A DNA stretch of 32,130 nucleotides from contig NIVC01004891.1 in NCBI GenBank assembly GCA_002269645.1, positions 1-32,130 on the forward strand, in the 5' to 3' direction. Source of the DNA: Macrostomum lignano. Its lineage: Eukaryota. The translations under genes were made by a program, and so were the position numbers. The notes below the pieces were generated by a model. That model was given only the letters and a program-made list of their open reading frames with translations. It ran no database searches and had not been told where the DNA came from. Position 1 is the stretch's first letter. Each line of letters starts with the position of its first letter. Of this stretch, positions 10,901 to 22,700 are shown piece after piece.

Positions 10901-12144
10901 TTCTTAGAAATGAGCTGGAGTTTGGTAGGGAATGCTCTACCTGTCGTATCGCTATGTGTATTCAGTATGCTCTCAAAAAGTCGGATTTTTCCCGGCCGAA
11001 TCTGTCTATGGTAAAACCCTATTCAGTACTTATGCGTTCTCTATAGCATTTTCTAGATTCCACAGAACTTCTGTGGATAATTCTGATCTTCACTGCATCC
11101 ACGGAAATCGATGTTTAAGCATGATTCCTATGAGAGAGGTTGCTGCTGGCTGCTATCTATGGCCGAATTATAAACTTGATAAGCATCTGCCTTGACATTA
11201 TAAACCAAGGACTACTAAAGCTTTCTAGTAGTCCTTATTATAAACTTGCTTTCCTTTTCTCCATTTGTCTCTAATGTCTATGGGCAAATCTACTGCTGCC
11301 AAATGGTAATTTATAAAACCACATGTATTGCCATAGACAAAAACTGAGTGAGGCAAAAAGGCCGTAGATCGAAGGAAAGAAAAGAGGCTTCAGGCTCTCA
11401 GCCCTTCTATTCAGCTGTATGTCTATGGTCCAACTTTTAATTCACGTTCAAGTCTCGTAAAAAAGAGCTACGAGCACGAACTAGACTACTGGACAACAAG
11501 TTGACAAATTGACTCATGATGCTAACTTAAAGTGCCCTGGGGCATGGGGGTTGTGTCACACTGATCTCGAACCACGCACAGGCAGACCAAAACCAGTTTC
11601 AGGTTTGTTTGGCTTCGCCGTCCTCTCCCACCACTCTCAGTGTGCACAAACGCTTTTATGGCGACAATTTTCGGGCCAAGTGAGAGATTCTGCTATTCAA
11701 ATCTTTATTCGTCTACTTTTCTCAGTAGTCTAAATGGAATCTCTCACAGTGGTCATTCCACTTTATCGGCCGGTAAAAGCAATATGGCGTCGCATAAAAC
11801 CAAATGGCGACCCCCTTGAAGATTCCCCCTCATGTTGCCAAATGTTGCTGACTCTTGAACATACTGCATAGTGGAATACTGTACGCAGGCATGCACTCAT
11901 GCACACGCTCATTCAGGGTGTACAAGCGGCCCTGGGGCATGTACATGTACATTATCGGTGTCTTGAGGGTTGGCCCCCTGAATCGTCCGACAACCCCCTG
12001 GCGTGAGAGTCAGACATCGTTTTAATCGCTGAGCTGCTCCGAACTTGGCTGCCTTATGATGCTTAATGAAGTTCAAGTGAGATCCTGCTGCGATGTACTT
12101 GATTGATGGATGCGAATGCGATTCACTATTGCATCGACTCTCCT

Positions 12145-12405
12145 CTTTCCCAGTCTCCCTCTCTCCCTCCTCCTTCCCAGTCTCCCTCTTATCCTCCTCT
12201 TTCCCAGTCTCCCTCTTATCCTCCTCTTTCCCAGTCTCCCTCTTATCCTCCTCTTTCCCAGTCTCCCTCTTATCCTCTTTTTCCTAGTCTCCCTCTTATC
12301 CTATTTTTCCCATTCTCTTCCTTCCTTGTCTTTATCTCACCCTCCTCTCTCCATCTCATCCTCCCCGTCCCCCTCTCACCATTTTCTCTCTCTGTCTTCT
12401 TAGCA
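12145..12405. repeat. CT-rich tract with 27-bp unit TCCCAGTCTCCCTCTTATCCTCCTCTT (~5-6 copies)
   Basis: Directly visible. The ORF track shows a 9-aa SQSPSYPPL periodicity. Confidence 0.9.
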
Positions 12406-12756
12406 TCCTCTTGCTGGAGGCTGTTCGGTATTTTCCCATTCCCTAATTTTTAACAGCTTTTTAACAACTACTTATATCAGTAGTACATAAGGAAACAGAA
12501 AGTTACAAAGCACAGCACTTGAGGTCTATAAACCTTGCCAAATTATATTATAAATAAATTTATTTGATTTGAAGTTACCGGAAACGCGGTCGGTAAAGCC
12601 AAGCATTAGATCGATCGTTCATCATCATTGATCATCACAACACTAAAATTTCAGCAGCTAAAACACAACAGGCTAATAGCGACACAAACGCTACTACTGA
12701 GCAGCAGTAGTAACTCGCAGTGCTAAAAACAACAATAAACAGCGAAATTAATTAAA

Positions 12757-13676
12757 ATGGCTAAAAACAGAATTATAAAAACAATTTGGGAAGTTAAAAA
12801 AAGCAACACAGAGGGCGACGCGAACAACAGTGAATTTGAGGTGAGCCAACAATTCAAATGGATCGCTATAGTACACATGCCAATGATTTTGTAGCATTGA
12901 TCCTGGGAGATCAATGAAGAGTCCAAGTTTGGTGGCCGCTCGACGCGAAGCAGGGGGGATCCGAGTCTGATTAGGGCAAAATGCTTGGCGAGAGTACAGG
13001 AGCGATATGGGATTTAAACAATGGATTGGCAGAATGGCACAAAATGGAGGACATTGTAAGCGGCTTATATCTAGAATTATAATCGTTTTTTTTTGAATAA
13101 ACAACCCGTCAAAGCTTTTGGCTTGCGCAAGTCAATAGAAGCCAACATTGAGCGCCACTGTACATAAAAACAGCAGAGTATGGGGCAAGCAGGCTGTTAT
13201 TAGTCAACTATTATAATAAAATTATTATCTTGAAACATAGCAAAAACAATAAACAGGAAAACATTAAATATGACAATATAGATGCGGGGGGCGGAAACAA
13301 AAGGTTAAAAACGCGCGAATAACAAAATAATTATAAATAAAAGTTGAGATGTGAGCAGCTAAAAACAATGTCAGCTAAGCAGTGCTATTTTCTCTAGCAA
13401 AGTTTGAGCACCAGGTCTGTTTTACAGGTTTCTTGTCTAAAAAAAACTATTTAGCTTAGGTCAGGACTGGAGTACAGCCCAGCAAACTGTACATCAGAAT
13501 AGCATAAATAGGAAAGCAGACTTTTTCTAAAAGCAATTGGAAGTCTGATGCAGGTGAGACCAACATATGGGCACTTTAACAAGTCAGTTGACCAAGATGC
13601 TTCTTGTCTGCCTTCAGTTCTTCTCTGCCGAGTCGCTGGATCTGAAAGTTGAATTGTTGAGAGTAGAGTTGAGCAG
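12757..13676 (+). CDS. Tentative small multi-exon gene, product unknown, 3' end unresolved
   Basis: AAAATGG start at 12757. Exons 12757-12840 (MAKNRIIK..SEFE|GTGAGC), 12975-13055 (GKMLGE..AIWDLNNGLAEWHKMEDI|GTAAGC), 13512-13553 (ESRLFLKAIGSLMQ|GTGAGA), 13618-13676 (FFSAESLDLKVELLRVELS|GTGAGG). Four strong donors, phases consistent, no homology recognised. Confidence 0.4.
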
Positions 13677-13690
13677 GTGAGGCAGGCGCG

Positions 13691-14527
13691 GAGTGAGCAG
13701 TGGTTAAGCACAGAGTGAGCAGTGGTTAAGCACAGAGTGAGCAGTGGCTAAGCACAGAGTGAGCAGTGGTTAAGCACAGAGTGAGCAGTGGTTAAGCACA
13801 GAGTGAGCAGTGGTTAAGCACAGAGTGAGCAGTGGTTAAGCACAGAGTGAGCAGTGGTTAAGCACAGAGTGAGCAGTGGCTAAGCACAGAGTGAGCAGTG
13901 GTTAAGCACAGAGTGAGCAGTGGCTAAGCACAGAGTGAGCAGTGGTTAAGCACAGAGTGAGCAGTGGTTAAGCACAGAGTGAGCAGTGGTTAAGCACAGA
14001 GTGAGCAGTGGCTAAGCACAGAGTGAGCAGTGGTTAAGCACAGAGTGAGCAGTGGCTAAGCACAGAGTGAGCAGTGGTTAAGCACAGAGTGAGCAGTGGC
14101 TAAGCACAGAGTGAGCAGTGGTTAAGCACAGAGTGAGCAGTGGTTAAGCACAGAGTGAGCAGTGGTTAAGCACAGAGTGAGCAGTGGCTAAGCACAGAGT
14201 GAGCAGTGGTTAAGCACAGAGTGAGCAGTGGTTAAGCACAGAGTGAGCAGTGGTTAAGCACAGAGTGAGCAGTGGTTAAGCACAGAGTGAGCAGTGGCTA
14301 AGCACAGAGTGAGCAGTGGTTAAGCACAGAGTGAGCAGTGGTTAAGCACAGAGTGAGCAGTGGTTAAGCACAGAGTGAGCAGTGGTTAAGCACACAGTGA
14401 GCAGTGGCTAAGCACAGAGTGAGCAGTGGTTAAGCACAGAGTGAGCAGTGGTTAAGCACAGAGTGAGCAGTGGTTAAGCACAGAGTGAGCAGTGGCTAAG
14501 CACAGAGTGAGCAGTGGTTAAGCACAG
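13691..14527. repeat. Minisatellite, 22-bp unit GAGTGAGCAGTGG(T/C)TAAGCACA, ~38 copies
   Basis: Period 22, with essentially one dimorphic position. Confidence 0.97.
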
Positions 14528-14544
14528 ACGGTAGCACAATGATC

Positions 14545-17500
14545 TCACTTTTGCTCCTTGGCATTGTCAAAAGCGGGTCTGGCATTGGCCTCGGGAATGT
14601 GCTGATAGAAGTAGGCAATCAAAGCGTTGGCATCCTCGCTGCGGTGGAACTCCACCTGGGCTGAGCGCTTCTCAGCGTCAACCCGGGCTCGCTTGATGGG
14701 GTCGGCGGCGCCGGGGCCCCTGCCCAGGACGAATTCGCGAACGTAGGCGCAGAGGCTCTCCTTGCTGAGCAGATAATACGGCACAGACGTGATGTAGACG
14801 TTGTTCTTGGAGAATGAGCGCGGATTGCTCCAAGCCGGGGTGAGAGCGCCGAATTTGTGCGCGTTGGCCATGTAGATCTCGGCGTCTTGGCGCTCGCGGA
14901 AGAAAATGTGAATGAATTCTGGGCAGAAGAAGCGAATGGGGGAGATTGAATTACTTCTTCTTCGGAGCTAAAATCTGAATTAGCCTACTTATAGTAGAAG
15001 CACGTGAAAATCAGTAGTAATTTATTTAATTGGAAAAATAACTCACTGGCCAAGTCGCCCTCCTTGCTCCTATTGAGCTTAATAAAAACATTGTCGTGCA
15101 GGGAATACTCGGGCCCGAACATGTTCCTCAGGATATAGTACTCGGCTAGTACTGTATTGTACTCGGCGTCAGCTGATAGGACTAGGTTGGCGGGCAGTTT
15201 GCGATCAATCTCTCGCATCTTGTACAGGCAGGCTGTGCGGCCATCCAGAATAAATGGCGGCTTTTCGCTGTACCATTTCACAATCTGAAGAATAATGTGA
15301 TATAAATTTATCATTACATTACTAACATCCTTGATCTCTGCCTAACTGGTAGCACTGACAAAATTAGAATAATAAAGGAAGTACTAAAAATGAAAATATG
15401 ACTAATATATAAAAATATCATCCTGGATTTTACATTTCCAGGGAGACGGGCTCATTGTTTGGCAACCTTGGAGGAGAGACTAGACAGCATAATAACAGAC
15501 AGCAACATACAGAAAATACCAAGCCCCCCCATGTGAGCATCTTTAGAAAACAAGCCACCCGGCCCCCTGTGACTGTGTGACTCATCGTATTGTGAAGCCA
15601 GCAGGCAGACTGCTAAGGGGGTGTTGGGGCCTGGGGCATGGGGGTGGGTCGATTTGATCAGGGGGGGGGATTCGCGTGTCGGTAAATAAAATAGCCAGTC
15701 AGCCGCAGCCAATTCACCTCCTGCTGAACCCCTTACCCCACCCGGGCCCACGAGGCCAATTTTAAGCCACTAAAAAACCCCACCCCCCTCAAACGGCGCC
15801 TGCTGCCCCGCACACCCCTTTGGCAGGCTCAGACAGGCTTTAGGCAGAATAGAATCGAGTGTAAAAATGCTGGGCTAAGTTCGTCCGCAGTTATTAGAAG
15901 TTCGCTTTGTTAGAAAGAGACAGAATCAGCGTTGCGTTTCTTATACTTGTTGTTGTTGCTTTTGTCGGCAAGATTTCGGTGGGGGGTTTCGGATTTGTCT
16001 ATTGTGCCCAGTCGGCAGCTCAGGGAATGCGGGTCCCGGGGCAAGAAAACTCTGTCATTGTCAAGTGTGGCGGGCTAACTAAGTAGGCAATCAATTGGTA
16101 GGCGGTGTACAGGAATAAGGCGCCAGGCGCGGGGGCAGAGCAGAAGAAAGGAATGGTAAAACAGTCTGTCCTAAGCACAATGGCAGAACCAGTTAAGTCC
16201 AGCCCTGTTGCCTGTTTATTTTCAGAAGTTGTTTTGCCGCTCCAGTCGGTATATTATTATTTGGCTTGCGCACGTGGATCTCCCAGTTTGTTATTTATTT
16301 CTTGCGCTGCTGCTCAGACTAAGCTCTCATTTCTACCTAGCTCAGCTCATAACCTGCTTGCACTAAGAAATAATCTTAATTTAATAGGCAGCATTTAAAT
16401 TAAAAACAAAGTAGTGTCTAATTTTGACCTAGCCTAATATTTACTCTATCTGCCGAGTACATTGAGCAATGTACATGCGAATGCTGAAATCTCGTGTACA
16501 CTAGACTGCAACGAAGCAATTAAGTACCTAATTAGTTATAATAGTTAGCCTCAGTGGTTTGTAATTGTAAACAAGGTTAGTCGAGTGCGAGAAATAGAAA
16601 CGCCTAGATAAAAATATGACTACAATATGAGCTAATACCGCAGACCCCAACCCCTTATTGTCAATAATTGGACCTTTTACTGAATATGAAGTTTAGTGTT
16701 TATAAAATACTGAAGCCACTTAGTGTACCATAAATTTCTAGCCGCCAAAGATACCCTATTAATAATAGCATGAGAATTTTTGTTTAAATTAATTGGATAA
16801 ATATTTAACACCGGAGAAGAGTATTGGACGGCAGGCAGACAGGATAACATGATATTGGTGCCGGTGGTATTGCATATCCAGCATCTATTGTCTACTTGTT
16901 ATAATGTAGTACCAATACTACTGTTAATTATGCATAGCAAAGTTAAAGAAAAATATGCCATCTTCGTTGAAATTATTGTAGCAGCATATACTTAATACTT
17001 ACTATACAATAGGGGGTTTAACAACAAATTAAGGCCTAGAAAACGGAGAACAAGGGAAAACACAGGACAGATATGAAGCTCTTGCTTGCTTTAGCTCGTA
17101 CACTGCTTCTATCTGAGAGGTAAAAAAGGGCGCCAGCCACCAACTGGATTGAGTTCAGTTCTATCACAAACCGAACTAAGGGGTGGGTGCCTGTAAACTA
17201 AACCAGAACCGAATTTCGTTATCTGTTCCTACCACACCGATATAGTGGCACGCGCTAGTATAGGCCCAGAAGTCTCGGTGAGAATGTGCTCTTTTTTCCT
17301 TTTTTAAGTCTTGTTCAATTGTAGTAACAAACATTTCTGTCGTGAGAATTGGGTGGCGGCCAGCTAGCGAGATAAGATTATTAATATAGAGCCATAAAAA
17401 GCACGGACCAGTCAATTGAAGCGCAAGACCACAACCTCTATTCCACGATGCTAGTGTCAGTCACAATATCCAGAGCTTTTGAATGCTTTTAATATCCGAT

Positions 17501-18591
17501 CCAATGGCCAATGCTAAGAGTTACCCGATGCCCAATGCTCAGAGACCCTGTACACCCGATGCCCAATGCTCAGAGACCCTGTACACCCGATGCCTAATGC
17601 TCAGAGACCCTGTACATCTGATGCCCAATGCTCAGAGACCCTGTACACCCGATGCCTAATGCTCAGAGACCCTGTACACCGGATGCCTAATTCACAGCAG
17701 TGGCGTAGCCAGGATTTTCTTCTAGGGGGGGGGGGTCACAGTCAGTCACAGGCTCACAGCGGCAACCGGCTGGGGGGGGTCATGACCCCCATGACCCCTC
17801 CTTGGCTACGCCCCTGATTCTCAGAGACCCTGTACACCCGATGTCCTCAGAGACCCTGTATACTCAGAGACCCTGTACACCCGATGCCTAATTCTCAGAG
17901 ACCCTGTACACCCGATGCCTAATTCTCAGAGACCCTGTACACCCGATGCCTAATTCTCAGAGACCCTGTACACCCGATGCTAGTGCTTGAACTATAGAGA
18001 TATTCACTACTAAGAGGTCGAATGTGAATAACAAATTACAGAGGGAACTTACGTCGAATGGCGGTACATGGCTGCCGAAATTATAGGCTCTGAAGGCTGC
18101 AGCGGTGTGAAGTCTGCACGAATCCGGGAGGTCCTGCTCAAACACGGGGCAGCCCATGAGCTGGTGTTGCTGTTGTTGCTGCTGCTGCAGAAAGGCGGCA
18201 GCCGCGGCGGCGGCCTGCGCCGGAGAACAAGATGCCGCAGTCGACGAAACCGGCGGCGGCGGCGGCGGGGGGAGCAGCAGTTGATGTGGTAAATGCGGTG
18301 GCGGCGGCAGAGGCAGTGACGCCGGCGGGAACTGCGGACCGCCGGCACAGCCAGAGGCGGCAGCGGCAGCGGCAGCAGCAGCTGCTGCAAACTGCATCGG
18401 CAGTGGACCGAATGACGGAAGCATCAGTTGCTGCACAGGCGGCTGCATAAGGAGGCCGGCCGCGTTCAGCTGGTCAGCGAGAGGCACCGCCGACTGCTGC
18501 TGCTGCTGCTCAATATTGGCCGAGCTCACTGGCGAGTTTGGCAGGCTGCCAGGCTGGGAGGCGTAGCCAGACTCGACAGTTGTCTGTTGAG

Positions 18592-18625
<34 letters not shown>

Positions 18626-19076
18626 AAATATCGGCATTGGCAGGTAGAAGCTTGTTCCGGCCATCAGCGGCGGGGTTCTTGTTGGCGATGGCTGAGGATT
18701 AAACATTTGCCAATTTTGAATCGTCAATTAATGTCAGGCAAGGATTTTAGGCAGAAATTTCACGGAAAGAAAAATATTCAAGATTATTCATTGAACCGGT
18801 CTAGGACCTTGTAGCTCCTAGTTCACATCTTCCATGACTGAATTTGAAAATGAAAATTCCACACAGATACAAATCATTTTTGTTCACCTGACTCGAAGCG
18901 CCAGACGAGCACGGCGAGTCCGGATGCAGCATCGCATTGTTCGCTGCTGTTGGCGGCGGAGGCTGGAAGAACTGAGGCGGCGGCGGCGGCATGCGATGAT
19001 GCGGCGGCGGCGGCAGATGATGAGGCATTGGCAGCTGGCCTGGGTGCTGGTGCATCACTGGCGCCTGTACGTACAT
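14545..19076 (-). CDS. Multi-exon gene: poly-Q/P/A/H low-complexity N-terminus followed by divergent RRM-like domains (putative RNA-binding protein)
   Basis: Phase-consistent exons 19076-18888 (MYVQAP..SSQ), 18691-18053 (PSPTR..polyQ/A..HVPPFD), 17513-17465 (HWPLDRILKAFKSSGY), 17363-17238, 17190-~17100, then unresolved exons, then 15284-15047 (IVKWYSEKPPFILDGRTACL..), 14918-14545 (FIHIFFRERQDAE..NNVYITSVP..KRSAQVEFHRSEDANALI..KEQK*). RNP2/RNP1-like patterns (NVYITSV; AQVEF..EDA) were judged by eye. Confidence 0.75.
17524..17980. repeat. Minisatellite, 31-bp unit CCCGATGCC(C/T)AAT(G/T)CTCAGAGACCCTGTACA, ~11 copies, interrupted by a MITE
   Basis: Period 31 (17524, 17555). Located in the intron 17514-18052. 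Confidence 0.95.
17698..17816. mobile_element. 119-bp non-autonomous hAT-type MITE
   Basis: TIRs CAGTGGCGTAGCCAGG / CTTGGCTACGCCCCTG (14/16 match). 8-bp TSD ATTCACAG (17690-17697) / ATTCTCAG (17817-17824). An 8-bp TSD and CAG termini are typical of hAT. Confidence 0.85.
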
Positions 19077-19207
19077 GTCTGCAGGCAGTCAGTCAACTTG
19101 GAATTCAGCTGCGCAACAACAAAGGAGGAACCTGGCTGTTACAAACTGCTGTTTCGCTGTGAGCTCAGAGGTTTAGTCTTGGCTATTTGAAGGCTCGGCA
19201 CGGGACT

Positions 19208-19227
19208 GGGGCGGAGGTGGGACCAAT
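19208..19227. promoter_or_regulatory. GC-box (GGGGCGGAG) next to a CCAAT motif, upstream of gene 3
   Basis: Motifs visible 130-150 bp upstream of the ATG at 19076. Short motifs can occur by chance. Confidence 0.25.
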
Positions 19228-19749
19228 GAGAGAGCGCGCGAGGCTTGCAGTGGCTCGTTTTTATTTTTATTTACAACCTCTGAGCCGCTGACGGTGGGGG
19301 CCACTCAAATATCAGGGGTAATATAGGATTGGAGAGAGAGAGCAGTCCGCCTCGGTAACAGATTTGGTCTTGTTGCTGAGCTGGGGTTGAGTTGAGAGAG
19401 CCGAGAGACAACACGAGAGAGTTAGCAAGGATAAAAGGCACAGCACTCACTGCTCAAGCTTTGACTATAGGCGAGATATAAAGCCAGAGTGAATCGAATG
19501 CGAATGAGTGTGGGCAGGCTTCCGCCTGTTCTATATATTCATATCGAAATGCGGGCTGGAGGAGGGGGTTGGGGTGGCAGGGCAGGTGATGCAACCGCTT
19601 CAGCCCAGAAGGCCCCGCCACGCACGACTCACTTCACCATATCTCTTAGATAGCCCCTCTCTCTACCTGCAGCAGCTGCTGGTTGTGACTGTAACTTACT
19701 GACTGACTGATAATGGCCATAAGAATGGGACCCATTGTATATTGCACCT

Positions 19750-22700
19750 GCAAACTGCTGAACTTCAATGCATAATGCCGCCGCCCCTCACTGTTCTGTA
19801 TGAGTAATAAACAGTGTGCAGATGGATAATAGCCTTCGTGCAGATTCGTCATTTCATCGTGCTCATCACGTGACTGACTCACACGCGGTGGCCAGTGCAC
19901 ATTTTGCTTTTGATTTTGTTATTTACAAATTTTAATGCACAAAATGAAATACTCAGATGAAAACTATTCAAAATATTTGACCACCTCAGTAGTTGACCCC
20001 CCTGACCACCTCAGTAGCTGCCCCCCTGACCACCTCAGCAGCTGACCCCCTCTGACCACCTCAGTAGCTGACCCCCTGACCACCTGAGTACATGTAGCTC
20101 CCCTTTGACCACCTCAGTAGCTGACCCCCTTTGACAACCTCAGTAGCTGACCCCCTTTGACCACCTCAATAGCTGACCCCCTTAGACAACCTCAGTAGCT
20201 GACCCCCTTTGACCACCTCAGTAGTTGACCCCCTCTGACCACCTCAGTAGCTGCCCCCCTCTGACCACCTCAGTAGTTGACCCCCCTGACCACCTCAGTA
20301 GCTGCCCCCCTCTGACCACCTCAGTAGTTGACCCCCCCTGACCACCTCAGTAACTGCCCCCCTCTGACCACCTCAGTAGCTGACCCCCTCTGACCACCTC
20401 AGTAGTTGACCCCTTTTGACCACCTCAGTAGCTGACCCCCTGACCACCTCAGTACATGTAGCTCCCCTTTGACCACCTCAGTAGCTGACCCCCTTTGACA
20501 ACCTCAGTAGCTGACCCCCTTTGACCACCTCAATAGCTGACCCCCTTAGACAACCTCAGTAGCTGACCCCCTTTGACCACCTCAGTAGCTGACCCCCTTT
20601 GACCACCTCAATAGCTGACCCCCTTAGACAACCTCAGTAGCTGACCCCCTTTGACCACCTCAATAGCTGAACCCCTTAGACAGCCTCAGTAGCTGACCCC
20701 CTTTGACCACCTCAATAGCTGAACCCCTTAGACAGCCTCAGTAGCTGACCCCCTTTGACAACCTCAGTAGCTGACCCCCTTTGACAACCTCAGTAGCTGA
20801 CCCCCTATGACAACCTCAGTAGCTGACCCCCTTTGACCACCTCAGTAGCTGACCCCCTTTGACCACCTCAGTAGCTGACCCCCTTTGACTACCTCAGTAG
20901 CTGACCCCCTGACCACCTCAGTAGCTGCCCCTCTGATCACCTCAGTAGCTGACCCCCTCTGACCACCTCAGTAGCTGACCCCTTTGACCACCTCAGTAGC
21001 TGACCCCCTTTAACCCCCTCAGTACATGTAGCTCCCCTTTGACCACCTCAGTAGCTGACTCCTCTGACCACCTCAGTAGCTGACCCCTTTTGACCACCTC
21101 AGTAGCTGACCCATTTTGACCACCTCAGTAGCTGACCCCCTTTGACCACCTCAGTAGCTGACCCCTTTTGACCACCTCAGTAGCTGACCCCCTGACCACC
21201 TCAGTACATGTAGCTCCCCTTTGACCACCTCAGTAGCTGACCCCCTTTGACAACCTCAGTAGCTGACCCCCTTTGACCACCTCAGTAGCTGACCCCCTTT
21301 GACAACCTCAGTAGCTGACCCCCTTTGACAACCTCAGTAGCTGCCCCCCTCTGACCACCTCAGTAGCTGACCCCCTTTGACAACCTCAGTAGCTGACCCC
21401 CTTTGACCACCTCAGTAGCTGACCCCCTTTGACCACCTCAGTAGCTGACCCCCTAACCACCTCAGTACATGTAGCTCCCCTTTGACCACCTCAGTAGCTG
21501 ACCCCCTTTGACCACCTCAGTAGCTGACCCCCTTTGACAACCTCAGTAGCTGACCCCCTTTGACAACCTCAGTAGCTGACCCGGAATAAAAAGAGTTCTG
21601 CAACTCTGCAACAAACAACTCGGTCTCTCCACAGTGTTCGCAGACAGGAAAAGATAAGGTCACACAGAACTGACGCAATTGTCCTGGAGCCAAATCTCTG
21701 TCTGGTGAGCCGATTCCTTATTCTCCAATTCTCACAATTCCAAGGAGCCATATAACCAGAGCCTGGAGAGCCCTTCCACTAAACCTTTATTTTTAAAAAG
21801 CGCATTTTTAAAAATGATGAAGTCTATGTAACTTTTAGGTTTTGTGATGAATTTTGGCATAAAGTATATATACATTCGGAAAAAACTCAAACTCGAATCC
21901 ACTAACAATAGAGTTGGCTCTTCAGTTTCCAGTTTTAAGGCGTCCCCTCCCTCCACCGCCTGACAAAGAATCAAAAAAGAGGATACGAGAAGCGGAATTC
22001 CGTTCGGGCTATTAGAATGGACCCTGAAAGCTGCAGAACATAAAGTATAACCAGCTTTATTTACATTATACAATGGCTTTTGGTCTCTAATGCGTTTTTC
22101 GTGGGAATTTTTAAGATCCAGGTGCATGCTCGATGCAGCATAATATGCTCGGGACTCGTGGTAATCATATGGGTTATGTTTATGAATTTTATAATTTATA
22201 TAGCATTAAAACAAACACAAGCCACCTTTCATATTCCCGTACATACAATGGCAATCATTTATTGTAGAATGACTCAAATATCTCACATATCTTCTCCACA
22301 GAGAATCTCACCAGGAGATTTCAGTGGAGAGAAGATCGTCTCACAGAGAATCTCACATGGGAGATTTACAGTGGAGAGATCAAGATCGTCTCACAGAGAA
22401 TCTCACATGGAGATTTGCAGTGAAGAGAAGATCGTCTCACAGAGAATCTCACATGGAGATTTGCAGTGAAGAGAAGATCGTCTCACAGAGAATCTCACCT
22501 GGAGAATGGACATTTACAGCGATGAAGAAAAGTTGTTTATTGCTGAATAAACTTAGTTTTGATAAGATTAAAAGCTTTATAAATCTAAGTTGAATTTCCG
22601 GGAAATGATTTGACTTTTGATTTGTCTGTTTATTTCTTCAGTAACATTTTGTCTATTAATAATAATTTATATAAAGCTGCGCATAAAAGCGAATGAAAGC

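Noticed and set aside
18049-19190. Antisense and alternative-frame ORFs over the poly-Q/A exons
   Set aside because: These are shadow ORFs of GC-rich triplet-repeat coding sequence.
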